Below are positions 12,343 through 27,478 of a stretch of DNA of 64,000 nt, one piece after another. The translations under genes and the position numbers were made by a program. Positions within the stretch are counted from its first letter, which is position 1. Each line of letters opens with the position of its first letter. Under the pieces are notes generated by a model. That model saw nothing but the letters and a program-made list of their open reading frames with translations. It searched no databases and was not told the DNA's origin. Source of the stretch: Eledone cirrhosa (taxonomy: Eukaryota); the NCBI GenBank assembly GCA_964016885.1, contig OZ024759.1:34472001-34536000 (forward strand), written 5' to 3'.

Positions 12343-12568
12343 TCAATGTGCCAAGAAATTTGAGAGATCGTGGTGTGGACGTGGATGTTTTCAAGAAAGA
12401 TCTCGACACCTTGCTATCCAGGATCCCGGATGAGCCCACAGCACGGTACGAAGGTAACCTAAGGGCAGCAACAACGAACTCCCTGTTGCACAGGCTGGCG
12501 ATAGATCGTGTAGCAAGAAGAGCGGTGCCCCACCATGGGCTCAGACTGATGGCTAGAACCGGTGAAAG
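12343..12568 (+). mobile_element. CR1-like LINE 3' fragment (ORF2 C-terminus)
   Basis: NVPRNLRDRGVDVDVFKKDLDTLLSRIPDEPT...RAATTNSLLH resembles the CR1-clade C-terminal N.LP..lR....v..FK..LD..L...PDEP...SNSL pattern; flanked by microsatellites. Confidence 0.75.
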
Positions 12569-12619
12569 TGTATGTGTGTGTGTATAGATGAGTGTCTGTG
12601 TGTGTGTATATATATATAA

Positions 12620-12858
12620 TTGTGAAGTAGTTTCAGATGTTTAAGTCCTTTAATGGTAATGCTGTGATACATATTTCAATGAGGACAGTGGCCTCACGAT
12701 TCTGTGTACCCAGTGCCGTGACATTACCATTACAATTAAAGGGCTTTAACATCTGAGACCACTTCTCATTTTCTCATTCTAAATATACTCCGTTTTTCCT
12801 ATGTGGAAAAATGCGTCGAGTGCTTGATTTGAATTGCATCAATATTTCCCGTAAGATT
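12620..12858 (+). mobile_element. Old fold-back cassette with hammerhead 3' half and 3' motif
   Basis: Imperfect IR 12624-12661 / 12722-12765; minus strand tgagg..cctca-tt-GAAATATGTATC; motif actc-cgtttttcctatgtggaaaaatgcgtc-gagt-gctt at 12787-12825. Confidence 0.55.
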
Positions 12859-12859
12859 A

Positions 12860-12959
<100 letters not shown>

Positions 12960-12960
12960 C

Positions 12961-13047
<87 letters not shown>

Positions 13048-13299
13048 TGTGTGTTGCTCTGTTTTCCACAGACTCCTGCGGATTACTCAACTATAATTTG
13101 ACATGCTATATCATATATAGCAAATATGTGACTGGTTAATGTACTAAACTGGAGAGTATTGAGTTCTTTTTTATGTCCTTTACAGTCAATGAATATTTAG
13201 TTAGGATATTGGCTATCTTATCTTCCTGTTTATTAACCCAAATACACACACACACACATATATATATCAACAGACCTACACATATACATACACATACAG

Positions 13300-13343
<44 letters not shown>

Positions 13344-13489
13344 ACACATATATAACAGAATCGACCGTTGAGTACTTGACGTTACGATATCGTTCGCCTG
13401 AAGGATCGAAAGTCTGACGAGTGACATATGTAGATTCAATATTTAATAATAATAATAATATACATACGTATATATATATATACATACAT

Positions 13490-13537
<48 letters not shown>

Positions 13538-13824
13538 ATGTGGGTATGTATGTATTTATATATATATGTGTGTGTATATATATATATATATGTGTGTGTA
13601 TGTATGTATATATATATGTGTGTGTGTATATATATATGTGTGTATGTATGTATATATATATATGTGTGTATATATATATGTGTGTATGTATGTATATATA
13701 TATATGTGTGTGTATATATATATGTGTGTATGTATGTATATATATATATGTGTGTGTATATATATATGTGTGTGTGTATGTATGTATATATATATGTGTG
13801 TATATATATATGTGTGTATGTATG

Positions 13825-13863
<39 letters not shown>

Positions 13864-14764
13864 AGGGAGTGTATATGTAAATATAAGTGTTGTGTGGAGA
13901 TATGTACAGAGAGATATTACACTAACTATTGTCTCATTTTAGCACAAGTGTTTCCATATTTCTTTCATTTTTTTCCACCTTAGATTCCAGCTCTTCAGCT
14001 TATATTGATGTTGGCCTCACAAGTGCACCGGAATGACACGGTGGTTGGTGTAATAAGTATTTACATACAAAAAACTCTTTCCACGGATTCTGTATTTTTC
14101 TAACTTTGAATACACTTTACAAACTACACACACATACACATATGTATATATATATATATGTATACATATATGTATGTGTGTGTGTGTGTGTGTTTGATAG
14201 CTACTAAACACAAGATGGAGAAAAACCAGGATATAAATGCATATGTGTGTGTGTGTATATATATGTATATATAGATATGTATATATATATGTTCATATAT
14301 GTATGTATATGTATATATATGTATATATATATATATGTATGTATGTATATAGATGGACGTGTATGTATATATATGGACGTGTATGTATATATATGGACGT
14401 GTATATATATGTACGTATATATATATATATATATGTGTGTGTATATATATATATATATATAATGTGTGTATGAGAGAGAAAGAGAGAGCGGGGTGGTAGT
14501 TTTGGCAAAATGTCAGTTTAATACAACGACTACGACTGTAAGAATGTAAAATCAATATATTTCTAACTGTATCGATGGACGTAGAATGATATTTTATGTT
14601 CGATGAGGATAGCATTTGCCACTTTACAGATTTTTATCGTATTAGAAGTTTTGCTTCGTTGCATCTTATGTCTGCTCTTCTCTACCACAGAAATTCTTCG
14701 ACATCTCTTTTCTTTTTTTCTTGTTTTTTGTTCCTTTTTATTATTCTTATTGCTTTTTTTTTCA

Positions 14765-15670
14765 TGTTGATATTGGTGATGGTGGCTGTGGTGGTGTAGG
14801 TGTTGTGGTGGTGATGGTAGCTGTGGTGGTGTTGGTGGCTGTGGTGGTTGTGGTGGTGTTGGTAGCTGTGGTGGTGTAGGTGTTGTTGGTGGTTGTGGTG
14901 GTGATGGTAGCTGTGGTGGTGTTGGTGGCTGTGGTGGTTGTGGTGGTGTTGGTAGCTGTGGTGGTGTAGGTGTTGTTGGTGGTTGTGGTGGTGATGGTAG
15001 CTGTGGTGGTGTTGGTGGCTGTGGTGGTTGTGGTGGTGTTGGTAGCTGTAATGGTGGTGGTAGCTGTAATGGTGGTGGTGTTGTTGATGTTAGTTGTTGT
15101 GGTGGTGTTGGTGGCTGTAGCTATAATGGTGGTGGTGTTGTTGGTGCTAGTTGTTGTGTTGGTGGGGTTAGTAATGTTGGTGCTGCTGTTGGTGATTGTG
15201 TTATGGTGGTTGTAGTGGTGATGTTTGTGGCTGTGTTTGTGGGGGTGTTGGTGAGGCTTGTAGTGTTGTTGTTGTTGGTTGGGTGGTGGTGGTGGTGGTG
15301 GTGTCAGTGGTAACAGTTGTAGTGGTGGTGGTGGTCGCAGTGTTGGTTATGTTTGTGTTGATAATATTATTGTTTGTGGTGGTGTTGGTGGGGTTCTGTA
15401 GTGTTGTTGGTTGTGGTTTTGTAGGTAGCTTTAGTGTGTTAGTTGTTGGTGATGTTAGTGGCTGTGGTGATGTTGGTGTTTGTGGTGATGGTGGTTGTGA
15501 TGTTAGTGGCTGTGGTGGTGTTTGTGGTGATGGTGGTTGTGATGTTTGTTGGTTTTGATGATTCTGGAGTTCGTGTGGGTGGTTATGTTGATGTTTGTGG
15601 TGATGGTGGTTGTGATGTTTGTTAGTTTTGGTGATGCTGGAGTGTGTGGCGGTGGTTATGTTGATGCTGA
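14765..15670. repeat. (TGG)n/(TGT)n low-complexity tract with internal ~90-bp duplications
   Basis: Direct reading. Confidence 0.9.
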
Positions 15671-15744
15671 ACTTATATAAGACTTTCTGAAAAAAAAAAG
15701 CAATGAAATAATTTTTAATAAATCTATGAAGAAATGTACTCATA

Positions 15745-15828
15745 TGCTCTTTTTTCCCTCAAAATATCCTTGTAAACCCAGGTGGCGTCTTATACAAAGT
15801 GGCGTCTAATAGGCCAGAGAATACAGTA
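15745..15828. mobile_element. Possible Tc1/mariner-type MITE terminal inverted repeat remnant
   Basis: ggcgtcttatac..ggcgtctaatag..gagaatacagta: duplicated GCGTCTTATA-like boxes ending TACAGTA; partner TIR not found. Confidence 0.35.
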
Positions 15829-18544
15829 TATTCTGACAGCAGGTTAGAAAACCAGATAAGACTTAAGTTGTTTCAATTTACATGAATATATTTAGGTTAT
15901 ATTAGTCACACTTGACAATAGATAGAACAACGATATGGTGGCGTCATCTTTTAGCAGGGAATTGGAGGTTGTGTGTAGTATGATGTCATCATGTGATTTG
16001 CTAGAAACAGCAGCCAAATTTCTTTGAAATCAAACATGTATGAAGGTACACTCTTTTGAAATACAATAGGAAGAGATAGTTATCGTTTTACTTTGGATTG
16101 TTTTATATACTTGCATGACATAAATGCATTACAATGTGTGTGTATGTATATATATATATATATATGTATGTATATATATGTATATGTATGTATATATATG
16201 TATATATATAGAGAGAGAGAGAGAATATATGTCTGTATGTGTGTATTGTTCCCTCTCTCTTCTTTACCTTCCATTTCTCTTTCTCCCTCGCTCTCCCTCC
16301 TCTCTATCTCTCTCTCTCTCTCTTTCCCTCTCTCTCTCCCTATCCCTCCTCCCTGTCCCTATCGCTCATCTCCCTCATTTACCCCTATCCCTCCCCCTCC
16401 TTTACATAGCCACCTGTTTAATCATTACTAATCATTATCTGCTATCGAACCGTGTCAGTGAACGTCATCAGTGATAGAGTCAAGCTAAATAGCTGTAAAC
16501 ATTAGCTACTGCCTACACTATTAGCTGGCATCGACATAACTGAACAAATAGAGGGGTGGGAGGTGATAGAGAGAGGGGTTGGGAGAGAGGGAAGAAGAGG
16601 AGTGTGAGTGGGGCAGGGTGACAGGAGGTGATAGAGAGAGGGGGTAGGAGAGAGAGAGAAGATAGGGTTAGGAGAGAGAGGGAAGAGGGGTGGGGTGGGT
16701 GACAGGAGGTGATAGAAAGAGGGCGTGGGAGAGAGGGAGGTGAGGTTAGGCGAGGGAAGAAGAGAGGTAAGGGGTGACAGAGTATAGAGAGAGGGGGTAG
16801 ATGTGAGGGTGGGGGAGGTTAGAGGAGGGAAGGGGGAGGGATAGATAGAGAGCGTTAGGAGTCATGCAGGGAGGGGTTAAGAGGGGGAAGACGGATAGGA
16901 GTGAATGAGGGAGGGTGGCAGGAGATGATATATAGACATAGGGTGTGGGAGATGGTGAGGGGTTAAGAGAGGGACTAATTACAATGATTCTCTCTTCCTT
17001 ACCACCCACCACCTCCCCTCACACACATCCTCCTACCCTTTTTCTATCTATCTCTATCTATCTATCTATCTATCTATCTACCCATCTCTGTCTCTCTATT
17101 ATAATGTTACAATAATCGCTCTTACAAAAGGTCATACCGGTGCGTTCTCAACACATGCACACACATACACACACATACGCCCACGCAGACATACTCACAC
17201 ACATACACTCACAGACATACACTCACACCCAAACATATACATACGTTCTCACCCAAACATACACATACACATTGATACACACACAAACACAACACACAAA
17301 CACAACACACACACAGGCGCACACATATGCTCACACCCAAACATACACACACATAGAAAAACACACACATACAAACACACACAAACACATACACATCATA
17401 GACACAGCACATATGCTCACACCCAAACATACACACATAAAAAACACACACATAGAAACACACACAAACACATACACATCATAGACACACCACATATGCT
17501 CACACCCAAACATACACACACATAGAAAAACACACACATAGAAACATACATAGAAACACACACAAACTCACACACATCATAGACACACATACATACACCT
17601 ACATACACATACACACACTCACACCTATACACACATATACTCACACCTACATGGGCACACACACACAGACAGGCATACCTAGACACACATAAAAAAGATG
17701 TACGTATTTTCCTGACACCATTTTCCCTGAAGATCGCTATCAGTCTGAATGTCTCAGAAACGTCTGAAGAAGTTTTTTTAGAAGCAAAGACTTTAAAAAA
17801 TAACAATCTTCGCCTTCTTACTTCTGTCTTCTGCCTCTTCTATCTTCCCTTCTCTATATCCTTCTTCTTTTTCTTTGCCTTCTTCTTTGCCCACTTATTT
17901 TTATTTTTATTTTTATTTTTATTTTTATTTTTATTTTTATTTTTATTTTTATTTTTATTCGTCTTCTTTTTCTCTTTCTCTTTCTCTTTCTTTTTCTTTT
18001 TCTTTTTCTTTTTCTTTTTCTTCTATCTTCTTCTTCTTTGCCTTCTTTTTCTTCTTCGTCTTCGTCTTCGTATTTTTATTTTTATTGTTGTTCTTCTTCT
18101 TCTATCTACTTCTGATATCATCGCTTCTCTATATCTACTACCTCTTCGTTCATTTCTGTTTCTTCATCTTCATCTTCATTTTCTTCTTCTTTGCCTTCTT
18201 CTTATTATTATTATTATTCTCCTCCTCCCCTTCTTCCCCTCCTCTTCCCCTCCTCCTCCCCTTCTTCCCCCTCCTCATCCTCCCCCCTCCCCATCCCCCT
18301 CTTCATCCCCCTCCCCATCCCCCTCTTCATCCCCATCCCCATCCCCATCCTCATCCCCGCCTCATCCCCCTCTCCTCCCCTCTCCTCCTCCCCTCTCCTC
18401 ACAGTTCAGTGTGTTGGAAGAACGCAAGGAAATATCCATTGAAAAATCTTCCATTCTTTTCCCACAATTTTACAAAACGAATTAAAGAAAAGAAAAAAAG
18501 GTCTAGACGTGAGAAAACTTTATAATGTGTAGTGGTTTTTCGCG

Positions 18545-18624
<80 letters not shown>

Positions 18625-18626
18625 CA

Positions 18627-18668
<42 letters not shown>

Positions 18669-18733
18669 CATGATTTTCTATTTACATGTGCGTATATATA
18701 TATATATGAATAACAACCTTGGTTTTCATTCTG

Positions 18734-18777
<44 letters not shown>

Positions 18778-19382
18778 GCATACATACACACACACATGTA
18801 AATACAGATGTGTACGTAGGTGTATATATATATTCAAACCTTGATTTATCGATACCCTATAGATGCCAATAGTTATGTATTTTCCTCTTTCATGTCGTCA
18901 TTGAGGACAGCATATGGATTCAATTTTTATTGTAAATAAATCTAAGTATGTTCTGTTGTTGTTGTTGTCGTCGTTGTTGTTGCTATTGTTGTTTATGCAG
19001 TTGTTGTAGTTGTTATTGATGTGGTTGTTGTTGTTGTTATTTAACCGTTTTAAACTACAGTTAGTTAAAACACGAAGGATATTGAAGCATCTGTTCTGTT
19101 GTTGTTGTTGTTGTTGTTTTTGTTTGTTGCTGCTGCTGCTGATGTTGTTGTTGATGAGGTGGTGGTGGAGGTTTAACTGTTTTAACCCACATGTTTGTGA
19201 AAATGCGGTCGATATTAAGACCTTGGTGTTGTTGTTTGTGCTGCTTTCGATGAATACAACACACAGCCCAGTCCAGGAATCGAACTCACAACATTATGAT
19301 TGTAAGTTCAACACTCTTACCACTAGGTAGTTGTGTTGATGACAATAATGGTGGTGGTGGTGGTAGTGAGGTTTGATGTGTA

Positions 19383-19677
19383 CTAAGCTGAGGTGAGATC
19401 ATGTACTGAACTGAGATCATGCACTCAGCTGAGATCAATGCACTGAGCTGAGATCAATGCACTGAGCTGAGATCAATGCACTGAGCTGAGATCATGTACT
19501 GAGCTGAGATCATGTACTGAGCTGAGATCATGTACTGAGCTGAGATCATGCACTGAGCTGAGATCATGCACTGAGCTGAGGTCATGTACTAAGCTGAGAT
19601 CAATGTACTGAGCTGAGATAAAGTACTGAGCAGAGATCATGTACTGAGCTGAGGTCATGTACTGACCTGAGATCATA
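19383..19677. repeat. 18-bp minisatellite (atcatgtactgagctgag), about 16 copies
   Basis: Direct reading. Confidence 0.95.
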
Positions 19678-20104
19678 CAATTGAATTACGTCTTCATAGG
19701 ATCAGCTACTGAAACTCTAGCAAGGGTATTATCTTCTTGTTACATTTTAACATTCTATTTAGCTAAGACGAATGGCTAAGAGTTGCTAATGTACTCTGGA
19801 GGCTGGTTGGGAGATAGGGTATGCTGATGCATTTAGGGGGCTGGTTGAGAGTTGGGGTATGCTATTGCATTCAGGTGTTTGGTTAAGATAATGGATATTA
19901 TATCACTTCCTTAAGTTCCAGTAATTAATACCTTTGGTAGATCATCTCAGTTTTCCACAATGGAATCGTGAATAATTAACAGATACCTTGTCAGTATTTA
20001 ACCTTCATGATATTGAGTCTAAAAACACCTTCAATACGCCCTGATCCCTGAAAGAGAAATTTGATAGATTAGTGCCCAGCTCCAGTATTCGTAGAGCTAT
20101 CTGT

Positions 20105-20530
20105 ATTACACATTCTGTAAAAATGATCCGGGAGAGAGATAATTTAAATGAAAGACCAGCTCAACTATTACTAGTGTTGTCTATATTTCACATTCTATAC
20201 GAATTATCCTGGAGAGGGAGAATTGTTAGATGAATGACCAGCTCAACTATTAATATATCTGTCTATATTTCACATTCTATACGAATTATCGGGGAAGGGG
20301 AACTGTTAAGGCTAAGGTTATATTTTACATTCTGTAACAATTATCCGAGAGAGAGGAGGGAACTGTTAATGAATGACCAGCTCAACTATCAGTATTGTTA
20401 TATATCTGACACCTTCTATAGCAATGATCCGCGGAGGGCGGTACGGACTAGCTGATGAATGAATAGCTCGTTCAACTATCCTTATTGCTGTCTCTCATTA
20501 CACCTTCTCTACACAATGATCCAGAGGGAG
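20105..20530. repeat. Degenerate ~80-bp tandem repeat
   Basis: Recurring cacattct...atccgg.gagg...gaatgaccagctcaactat. Confidence 0.8.
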
Positions 20531-20927
20531 GTTGAATCGATAACAAGAATCGCCTGTTGAAACATCAATACTTCATTGACACAAGTGTAGCGCTGTGTTG
20601 CTGTTATATTAACTCCCTTGATTTAACTGAGGTCTGTAATTACCACATAATATAGGAGAGTTCAACATATGATATCTCGATATTGGATCTGGTAGGCTAG
20701 CTTGTTTTTCATTACAACCGGTATATGTACAATAAAACTGGCATTGCTGTGGTTATTGCTGCGTTGTGCCTTGGTTGCTGTATGTTTGTATTGGTCTGTA
20801 TGTGTGATTGTGTGTCTGTGTGTACTTCCGTGTATAGGTGTGTATGGCTGTGAGGGAATGCGTCTGTGTTAATGTAACTGTGTGTGAAAGTATATTTATG
20901 CGCGATTTAGTATATATATATATATAT

Positions 20928-21035
<108 letters not shown>

Positions 21036-21964
21036 CAATATATAAATATATATATACTTCAATGAGTGTGTGTGCGCGTCTGAGTGTACGGGTGTAGATA
21101 TGTGCATGTCTGCATTAGTATGTTTGTGTGTGTGTAACCGTCCTTTTCAACGGACACATACTAACTGCTCTTAACACCCGTCCAGTTGAACACACACACA
21201 TACACACTGGCTGTTCTTTAACACATGTCCAGTCAAATACACACACATGCAAATACCACACACTAGCTACTCTTTAACACACGTCTAGTCAAATACACAC
21301 ACACATACCACATACACACACACACATACATAGAACATACACACACAAAACACACACACACAACACACACACATACAACACACTAGCTGCTATTTATATG
21401 TCCACCAACCACGACACAAATGTCTTCGACGAGGCTAAGAATGGATTTTTCCTGTCAATATTATTTTACAACCGTCCATGTAACCACAAAAACATGTCCA
21501 TTCACATTTATTGAGAGAAGTAATACGGATAGATGCTATCGTTCATTAGACATGTTTCACCACAAGCTGAAGTTGTCCAACGTATTTAATGAGCCAATAA
21601 AATAAAGAGTAAAGCAATGGGAGGAATAAAGGATTGTTAGAATATTATAGGCTGTGATATCGGGTTGGAATGCAAGATGGGCGTCATGAGAAAATTACAA
21701 TGTTTATATTGGAATATACGGACTGTTTCCAATGGCGCTCATATAAAGACATATAGACTACTGTTGCAATATTATAGGCTGTGAGATACGTATCTAAACC
21801 AAGAACTGCATCATGTGAGAATTAGAGAATTATAATATTTATATAGGAATAGTCGATTGTTTCTAATGCCGGTTATATAAAGATATATAAACTACTGTTG
21901 CAATGTTATAGGCTGTGAGGTCCATATGGCAACCAAGATAATTCCAGTGGATATATTTCAATTT

Positions 21965-22125
21965 AGGCGACTAATTCGCTAAGTCTTTAGAACGACGAAC
22001 AGAATTCTTGGTGGTATTTGTTCTGGCTCTCTCAGTTCAAGTGCGGCCGGAGTCAAATTTGCTTTTCATCCTTTCGAGGTCGATAACAAAAAATACCAGT
22101 CTAGTACTGTGATCGATTATTCCTC
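21965..22125 (+). mobile_element. SINE family S1-related, diverged
   Basis: tttgcttttcatcctttcgaggtcgataac...taccagt. Confidence 0.65.
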
Positions 22126-22453
22126 TATATCTCTTTTTCATTTGATCTATATCTCTTTCCCTCTAAATTTTTCTATCCTTCCCTGGAAGGAAGAAATCTG
22201 TTGTACTCAAGCTTGGAGAAGAGATGGCTCCGACATGTATAAAAGAAAAAGTGTCCAATATGGCGTTCTTATAATCCATCAGAAGTTACAGGAAGAAAGA
22301 AAGAATGACAGATGATATGTGAATATCGGCTGTTTGTAATGGCGGATCTACATAGACATAAACTGTTACAATATTATAGGCTACGATATCGGCATGAAAA
22401 CCGAGGATAGCGTCAGATGGCACTTATCGCGTTTATATATGTATATCGTATAT

Positions 22454-22490
<37 letters not shown>

Positions 22491-22503
22491 CCACACAAAT
22501 TCC

Positions 22504-22647
<144 letters not shown>

Positions 22648-23122
22648 TGTAATGGCAGTACTATAAAAACAAATGTAAAATTTCAGTTAAAAGTTGGTAG
22701 AGACAAGTTTTTTATGATCTGGTTTTAAAATTCAGCTTTGAATATGTCAAGAATAAAGTTAAGAAAATGTTCACATTTTTCCTCGAATAATATAAAAGGT
22801 TAGAAATATATTGTTCTGGTATTTTAACATTATTTTGACATAAATTCTGTCTACTCACTTTTCATTATACATGTTCCCATCATTTATAGCAGAGAAAGAA
22901 GTTAATATTTCATGAGCTAACTTCGCTCTTTTTATATATCTGTGTGTGTGTGAGGATATAAATATATATACCATCAGAGGAAATATATATACCATCAGAG
23001 GAAATATACATACCATCAGAGGAAATATACATACCTTCACATATATATGCTGTCTTCAGAAATGCATATTACAACATATATAAATGCATAAATGCGCATG
23101 TATATCATAAAAAAACTAAACC

Positions 23123-23185
<63 letters not shown>

Positions 23186-23270
23186 TGTATACTATCCGGG
23201 AGCTTCCAACCGACTTGGTCGCATTCTTTAAGGGTATGTCAATATTTGTTTATAAAACTGATCTATATTA

Positions 23271-23327
23271 TATTTTATCTGATGAAAGCGCACCATAATT
23301 TGCTTTGGAAATATGTATAATGAAATA
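23271..23327 (+). ncRNA. Type I hammerhead ribozyme, minimal stem III
   Basis: Stem I tattttat/atgaaata (extended tttataaaac/gttttataaa), CTGATGA 23279-23285, aagc/gctt, GAA-ATA-tg-TAT-A. Homologous to 39624-39689; between (TA)n runs. Confidence 0.7.
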
Positions 23328-23369
23328 AATCTGGTTTTATAAATATAGTTTCCATTTGTTAATATATTG

Positions 23370-23455
<86 letters not shown>

Positions 23456-23519
23456 CTTCTGATAGTTTGTAATATTTTTACATAGATCTATATGATATAC
23501 ATACCAACACATATATATC

Positions 23520-23729
23520 CTAGAAACGATCGTAAAATAGTGAAATGTTTAATATAAGGAACTTGTTCTTTGTTTTTATTCATTATTTTTATTAATTTAT
23601 CTTAACTCTGTTTTCCTATGATTTTCATCGAAATTTTTGAATGCATCTTCTCTTTTCATGATATTTGGATTACATTGAGTTCTTCATACGGATTGGTCAC
23701 TACCGTATTTTTTTGGTAGATTTATCTAC

Positions 23730-23730
<1 letters not shown>
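23520..23730 (+). mobile_element. Cassette with hammerhead 3' half (GAAACGATCGTA) and 3' motif
   Basis: Palindromic stem III ACGATCGT-A; actc-tgttttcc...acatt-gagt-tctt at 23605-23684; ends in (TA)n. Confidence 0.5.
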
Positions 23731-23770
<40 letters not shown>

Positions 23771-23777
<7 letters not shown>

Positions 23778-23912
23778 ACAAGGAGAAAGAGACGATTATT
23801 AGGAAGAAAAATATTTTTTTTTCATTTTTTGTTTCTCTCTCTCTTTTTTCTGGGTTAGAAAATGATTAAAACGAAATGTTTTTCTTCCTAATAATCGTCT
23901 CGTTCTCCCTGT

Positions 23913-23919
<7 letters not shown>
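23771..23919. repeat. Imperfect inverted repeat (~46-bp arms) between (TA)n runs
   Basis: tatgaaaacaaggagaaagagacgattattaggaagaaaaatattt / aaatgtttttcttcctaataatcgtctcgttctccctgttttcata. Confidence 0.9.
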
Positions 23920-23948
<29 letters not shown>

Positions 23949-23974
23949 TAACTCGTGTGCTTCCTCTCCATATT

Positions 23975-24019
<45 letters not shown>

Positions 24020-24139
24020 TATATACATATATATATACATGCATATATACACCCACACATATGATATACATGCGCATTTCTGCATTTATATATGTTGTAA
24101 TATGCACAAAGACACACACACATACTATATATATATATA

Positions 24140-24170
<31 letters not shown>

Positions 24171-24171
<1 letters not shown>

Positions 24172-24360
24172 ACGAAGGAAATGTGGTAAGGAACCAGATG
24201 GACCATAACGCACCAAAGTACTCAATACTTAGGGTAGTAGAGTGGGTAATAGGAACAAGTATGACCCCGACGATAGAGCTCAAGCCGTTTCGACGGCTAA
24301 TTCTGGACCGGCTAATTCGGTCCAGAATTAGCTCTGCCGTCGGGGTCATACTTGTTCCTA
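24171..24360 (-). mobile_element. Fold-back cassette, family A
   Basis: Arms 24250-24272 / 24338-24360 plus an inner hairpin; minus strand GAAACGG-cttgagctctat-CGTC; (TA)n both sides. Confidence 0.8.
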
Positions 24361-24396
24361 TATATATATATAATACAGTAACTGCACGTTACAGTG

Positions 24397-24462
<66 letters not shown>

Positions 24463-24626
24463 TTTAGTTTTGTATGATCTATACACACATGTATATATAT
24501 ACTCTTATAATTTTGTATAATACACACGTGCTTGTATGTATACTTGGTGCATATATAATATATAATGTGTGTGTTCATGTGTGTATGTAATACTGTCTTG
24601 CTCTCTCTCTATATATATATATGTGT

Positions 24627-24666
<40 letters not shown>

Positions 24667-25723
24667 TTTTCCTTAAATATTTTTTCCAATCAATCGTTCC
24701 CTCTTCTCTCAGGTTGTCACGCTAACATTTATATATAAAATTACAATTTTTCTCAACACTAATAAAATGGACGTTATACTGAAATGTGTGACTGAGGTTG
24801 GTGGTGGTAGTGGGTGTGATGGTGGTGGTGGTGGTGGCAGTGGTAGTGGGTATGATGGTGGTGGTGGTGGTAGTGGTAGTGCGGATGATGGTGGCGGCGG
24901 TGGTAGTGGGTATGATGGTGGTGATGGTGATGGTGGTGGTAGTGGTAGTGTACTCATGTATTGGTGGTGGTAATGATTGTGGTGGTAGTGTTTGTGGTAG
25001 TGGTGGTAGCGGTTGTGATGGTTGTGGTAGAAGTGATTGTGGTGGTGGTTGTAGTGGTTGTGGTGGTGGTGGTTGTGGTGATAGTGGTTGTGGTTATAGG
25101 GGTTGTGGTGGTTGTTGTGGTAGTGGTTGTGATGGTAGTGGTTGTGGTGGAAGTGTTAGTGTAGATAGGTACTGGTGGTGCTATTTTGGAGATAAGGGTG
25201 GTGGTGGTGGTGGTGGTGGGGTAGCTATAAAGTAGGGGTGGGGGCGATGAGTCACTTTTAATCTTCTGATTGTCTGCCAGATACATCATCGATTCTACTA
25301 TTAAAGATTGCTCCATCAGATTACGTACCCACACCTTTTTCAACAAACACACACACGTGTGTATATACACATATATATACATATATATACTTATATATAT
25401 ATGTATATATATATATATATATATATACATACATACAGGATGGGGTTTTAGAATTTTCTTTTACAAAATTTCATTTACAAGCTTTATATATACGTACATA
25501 TACATACGTGTATATATATATATATATATACAGGTGTGTGTGTGTGGATTATATCTATTATAGACGTAAAAGAAAATTAGAGAACTCTATATTACAATGA
25601 AAGGTATCACGATATAATGTAGAATTTATATTAATTTAACACCAAGTGTATATATATTGGGTCATCAAGTATGAAATTTGTAGAAATTTATAGAAAAAAA
25701 AGAAATTTCTACAAATTTCATAT

Positions 25724-25754
<31 letters not shown>

Positions 25755-25760
25755 TATAGA

Positions 25761-26550
25761 TATTTCTTTATTTGCCACAAGGGCGCACAAGAAAAGGGGA
25801 CAATACAAAGACACATGCCGGGGATTTTACATAGAGTCGTGAAAAAAAATATAAAACAAACAATTATAACAATCGAAATCCCCAATAGGGGGCGAGACGC
25901 CACCCACAAACCACAAATGGGTTGTTTAATACCCCGTGGATAGAACAACCCTCAACTTCAGGAGCGTGTTGTGCAAGTGCTCCCTCCTTCCTTTTGCTCT
26001 CTTCTTCAACCTACAGGCTTATAAAGAGAGAAGGCCCAATCACTCGGGCCATTTTGCCACATTCACCCACCTTTCAGTAAATTTACTGGGGTGCAGTGCC
26101 TCTCACTCCACTCTGATTCTTCTTCTAAAGTGATACTTAAAGAAGGGAATCAATTGTTGTCCGGAGAGAAAGGCATCTGTCCTCAGTCCTTTCAATCTCG
26201 TCCACCGATAGATAGTTATAGATAGATAGATAGTTAGATAGATAGATAGTTATAGATAGATAGATAGTTATAGATAGTTATAGATAATTTTCTTTTTATT
26301 TGCCACCAGGGCATCAAAGAGTGGGACAAGTACAATGGGGGGAGTTTACATAACAAGGCGTCCTCAATAAGGAGGAGGCAATAACAAGATATAAAAATAA
26401 AATACAACATAACAAAATAAATTTTATAACAAAATCCTCAATAGGGAGGAGGCGCCTTGGGGGGTCGCACACACCCCCGAAAAAAAGTGTGCAACCCTTC
26501 TCCTCAGGAGCACAGAGAGGGGGTGCTCCCTTGATCTTTCATCTTCCTCT
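25761..26550 (-). mobile_element. Two L1/Tx1-like LINE 3' fragments in (GATA)n
   Basis: 25761-26207 reads WTRLKGLRTDAFLSGQQLIPFFKYHFRRRIRVE*EALHPSKFTERWVNVAK (W..R...F..RW pattern of L1-clade ORF2 end); second fragment 26289-26550. Confidence 0.75.
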
Positions 26551-26817
26551 ATATAGTTATAGATAGATAGATAGTTATAGATAGTTAGATAGTTATAGAT
26601 ATATAGATTTGTGTATTGAAAGTTATATATACACGCTTACATAACGGTCAAATATTGACCGAAGGAGAACATTTCTAATAGTGACTTCGAAGTCGTGTCG
26701 GTGTTGCCATTAAAAACCTTCCCCCTCTTCGCCTGCTTCCCTTACAACTTCACCTACTTCTCCTCTTCTGACTACTCCCATTTTCCTTGTTTTTCTTTTT
26801 CCTACTCCTACCAAGGT

Positions 26818-27478
26818 TACTACTACTACTACTACTACTCCTACCACCATCACTACTACTGCTAATACTACTACAACCACTATTACTACTACTACTAATA
26901 CTATAACTACTATCACAGCCACCACCACAACTATTACTACTACTACTACTATTACTACTACTACTACTATAACTACTATCACAGCCACCACCACCACCAC
27001 CACAACTATTACTACTACTACTACTACTACTACTACTATCACAGCCACCACCACCACAACTATTACTACTACTACTACTACTACTATAACTACTATCACA
27101 GCCACCACCACCACTATTACTACTATCACAACCACCACCATCACTACTACTGCTACAACTACTACAACCACTATTGCTACTAATACTTCTACAACTACTA
27201 TCACCACCACCACCACTACTACCACCACCACTACTACAACCACTATTGCTACTAATACTTCTACAACTACTATCACCACCACCACCACTACTACCACCAC
27301 CACTACTACCACCACCACCACTACTACAACCACTATTGCTACTAATACTACTACAACTACTATCACTACCACCACCACTACTACCACCACCACTACTACT
27401 ACAACCACTATTGCTACTAATACTACTACAACTACTACCACCACCACCACCACTACTACCACCACCACTACTACTACT
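26818..27478. repeat. (ACT)n/(ACC)n compound trinucleotide tract
   Basis: Direct reading; poly-Val ORF. Confidence 0.95.

Noticed and set aside
16550-16980. G-rich tract with G-quadruplex/triplex potential (also 45970, 46145)
   Set aside because: Common low-complexity purine DNA in this repeat-rich context; nothing distinguishes it.
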